From: Cyanobacteria bacterium J06626_4
GTDB lineage: Bacteria; Cyanobacteriota; Cyanobacteriia; Phormidesmidales; Phormidesmidaceae
DNA length: 28,590 nucleotides
Direction: 5' to 3'
NCBI GenBank assembly: GCA_038523235.1
Contig: JBCBJQ010000072.1
Coordinates: 1-28,590 of the forward strand
Positions 27,566 to 28,590 of the stretch are shown here, in pieces. The translations under genes were made by a program, and so were the position numbers. Positions within the stretch are counted from its first letter, which is position 1. Each line of letters opens with the position of its first letter. The notes under the pieces were generated by a model, which had not been told where the DNA came from, ran no database searches, and was given only the letters and a program-made list of their open reading frames with translations.

Positions 27566-27716
27566 AGCGATCTCCTTAATTAAATAGAAAGGTGCAGAAA
27601 AAGCGGTTGCTCTTTCTGCATGTCACTCAGATAAAATAGCCAGGTTTTATGCAAATAGTGAGAATAAAACAACTCTTTGGCTAAGGTGATGACCCTTCGT
27701 AAAAAACGTGTTATGG

Positions 27717-27757
27717 AAAAAGCGATCGCACCTCAAATAAAGGACGATCGCTTTTTT
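27717..27757. terminator. Bidirectional intrinsic terminator
   Basis: AAAAAGCGATCG (27717-27728) / CGATCGCTTTTT (27745-27756) with A/T tracts on both sides. Confidence 0.7.
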
Positions 27758-27797
27758 GGCTTTGTAGAAAGCAAAGAATCAGGGCAAAACGAAGACT

Positions 27798-27963
27798 CTA
27801 ATTAGCGTTAAGAAATTCAATCGTGGAGCCGCTGTCCACCCCCTCAATGATGAGTTTCATGTTGGCGAGAGGACTATCGCCGCTGTTTTCTGTGAGGGGA
27901 TAGTTGAACTGCCAAGGGTCATTGTCTTCCTCACACTGACCGATCGCACCGGTAAAACTCAGC
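27798..27963 (-). pseudogene. Probable 3' remnant of a gene
   Basis: Open frame LSFTGAIGQCEEDNDPWQFNYPLTENSGDSPLANMKLIIEGVDSGSTIEFLNAN* ending TAG 27798-27800, with no plausible start, bounded upstream by a REP copy and followed by a terminator. Confidence 0.35.
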
Positions 27964-27964
27964 C

Positions 27965-27994
27965 GTAGATTGAGTTGAGTAAACGAAACCCAAC
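27965..27994. repeat. GTAG-type REP half-element
   Basis: GTAGATTGAGTTGAGTAAACGAAACCCAAC matches the reverse complement of 1521-1550 (GTAGGTTGAGGTTGAGGGACGAAACCCAAC). Confidence 0.7.
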
Positions 27995-28025
27995 ATTCTC
28001 CTAACGTAAATCCTTGCGCTTGCCA

Positions 28026-28514
28026 TCAACGCCGTTGCCGCTCTGAGTGATTTGCGTGACCCGGTCTTCGACGAAGCAAAGTCAAAACTCTATCGAGTAT
28101 GGACTGTTTACTTCTGTCAGGTAGTTTCACGTAGGGGGATTTCGCAGGTTGAAATTCTGAGTGAGGTAGGAAAGGCCAGCCAAACAAGCTTTTAGCTCCT
28201 TTCGGTAGGCCATCATAGACACTTTTATCAAGCACAGTAGCCAAGACAAATTTGTAAAAGCTTGTACCTAATCTGTAGACGCATTCTTCGTATTCTTCCG
28301 TGACCTCTGACTGTATCAGATGAATATCACAATTTTCGTCAAGGGTATTTATGCTTCTAAAATCCCATACGGCTACTACGCAGCTATAGTTAGTTCCGAA
28401 AACCAAGCAGTTGCTGAGAAGAGTTAGGATATCTGTCTCTGGATGACTAACAAGCTTGTGAGAAACGACTCTTTGCTTGAACCAGTCAGTGAAATCATTT
28501 GAATAGTCAACCAT
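28026..28514 (-). CDS. Hypothetical protein (162 aa), AT-richer than flanking core genes
   Basis: ATG-started ORF; visibly lower GC; no motif recognised. Confidence 0.6.
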   Translation of the reverse strand: MVDYSNDFTDWFKQRVVSHKLVSHPETDILTLLSNCLVFGTNYSCVVAVWDFRSINTLDENCDIHLIQSEVTEEYEECVYRLGTSFYKFVLATVLDKSVYDGLPKGAKSLFGWPFLPHSEFQPAKSPYVKLPDRSKQSILDRVLTLLRRRPGHANHSERQRR

Positions 28515-28590
28515 TTCTCTTGTCGGGGAAAATATGCGCCACTCACCACCAAGTTCTCCTGACCCAAATGTCTGGCAAAATCGTTTGTAA

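Larger units (their letters stand above)
284..27729. repeat. HIP1 octamers (GCGATCGC) dispersed through the window
   Basis: Many copies read directly, e.g. 284-291, 1878-1885, 2280-2287, 17644-17651, 27722-27729; hallmark of cyanobacterial genomes. Confidence 0.95.

Overview
Chromosomal window from a cyanobacterium (dozens of HIP1 GCGATCGC octamers; gene content suggests a filamentous Leptolyngbya-like organism, which is inference). Left part: a PAS-GGDEF diguanylate cyclase, a nested MITE/REP-type repeat, rpe divergent from an atypical E-H-S subtilisin, DUF1232, cimA, an easily missed 89-aa ORF plus an alr0857-family gene, and a phosphodiester glycosidase lipoprotein. Centre: a three-gene signalling operon of FIST/NosP-like sensor, sensor-less hybrid histidine kinase and a receiver fused to a catalytically dead pseudo-kinase, followed by an orphan protein with an HGxxxHxxQ motif. 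Right part: a ~2,600-aa RTX Ca-binding secreted protein, then a DUF433/DUF5615 toxin-antitoxin pair and several small accessory ORFs and remnants. The RTX protein has a choice-of-anchor L domain split by an inserted domain, and two internal copies of the Planctomycete DUF1559/pilin-type motif GLLLPAVQQxREAA. No rRNA, tRNA, CRISPR array or transposase was seen. Family assignments come from motif recognition by eye, not from database searches.
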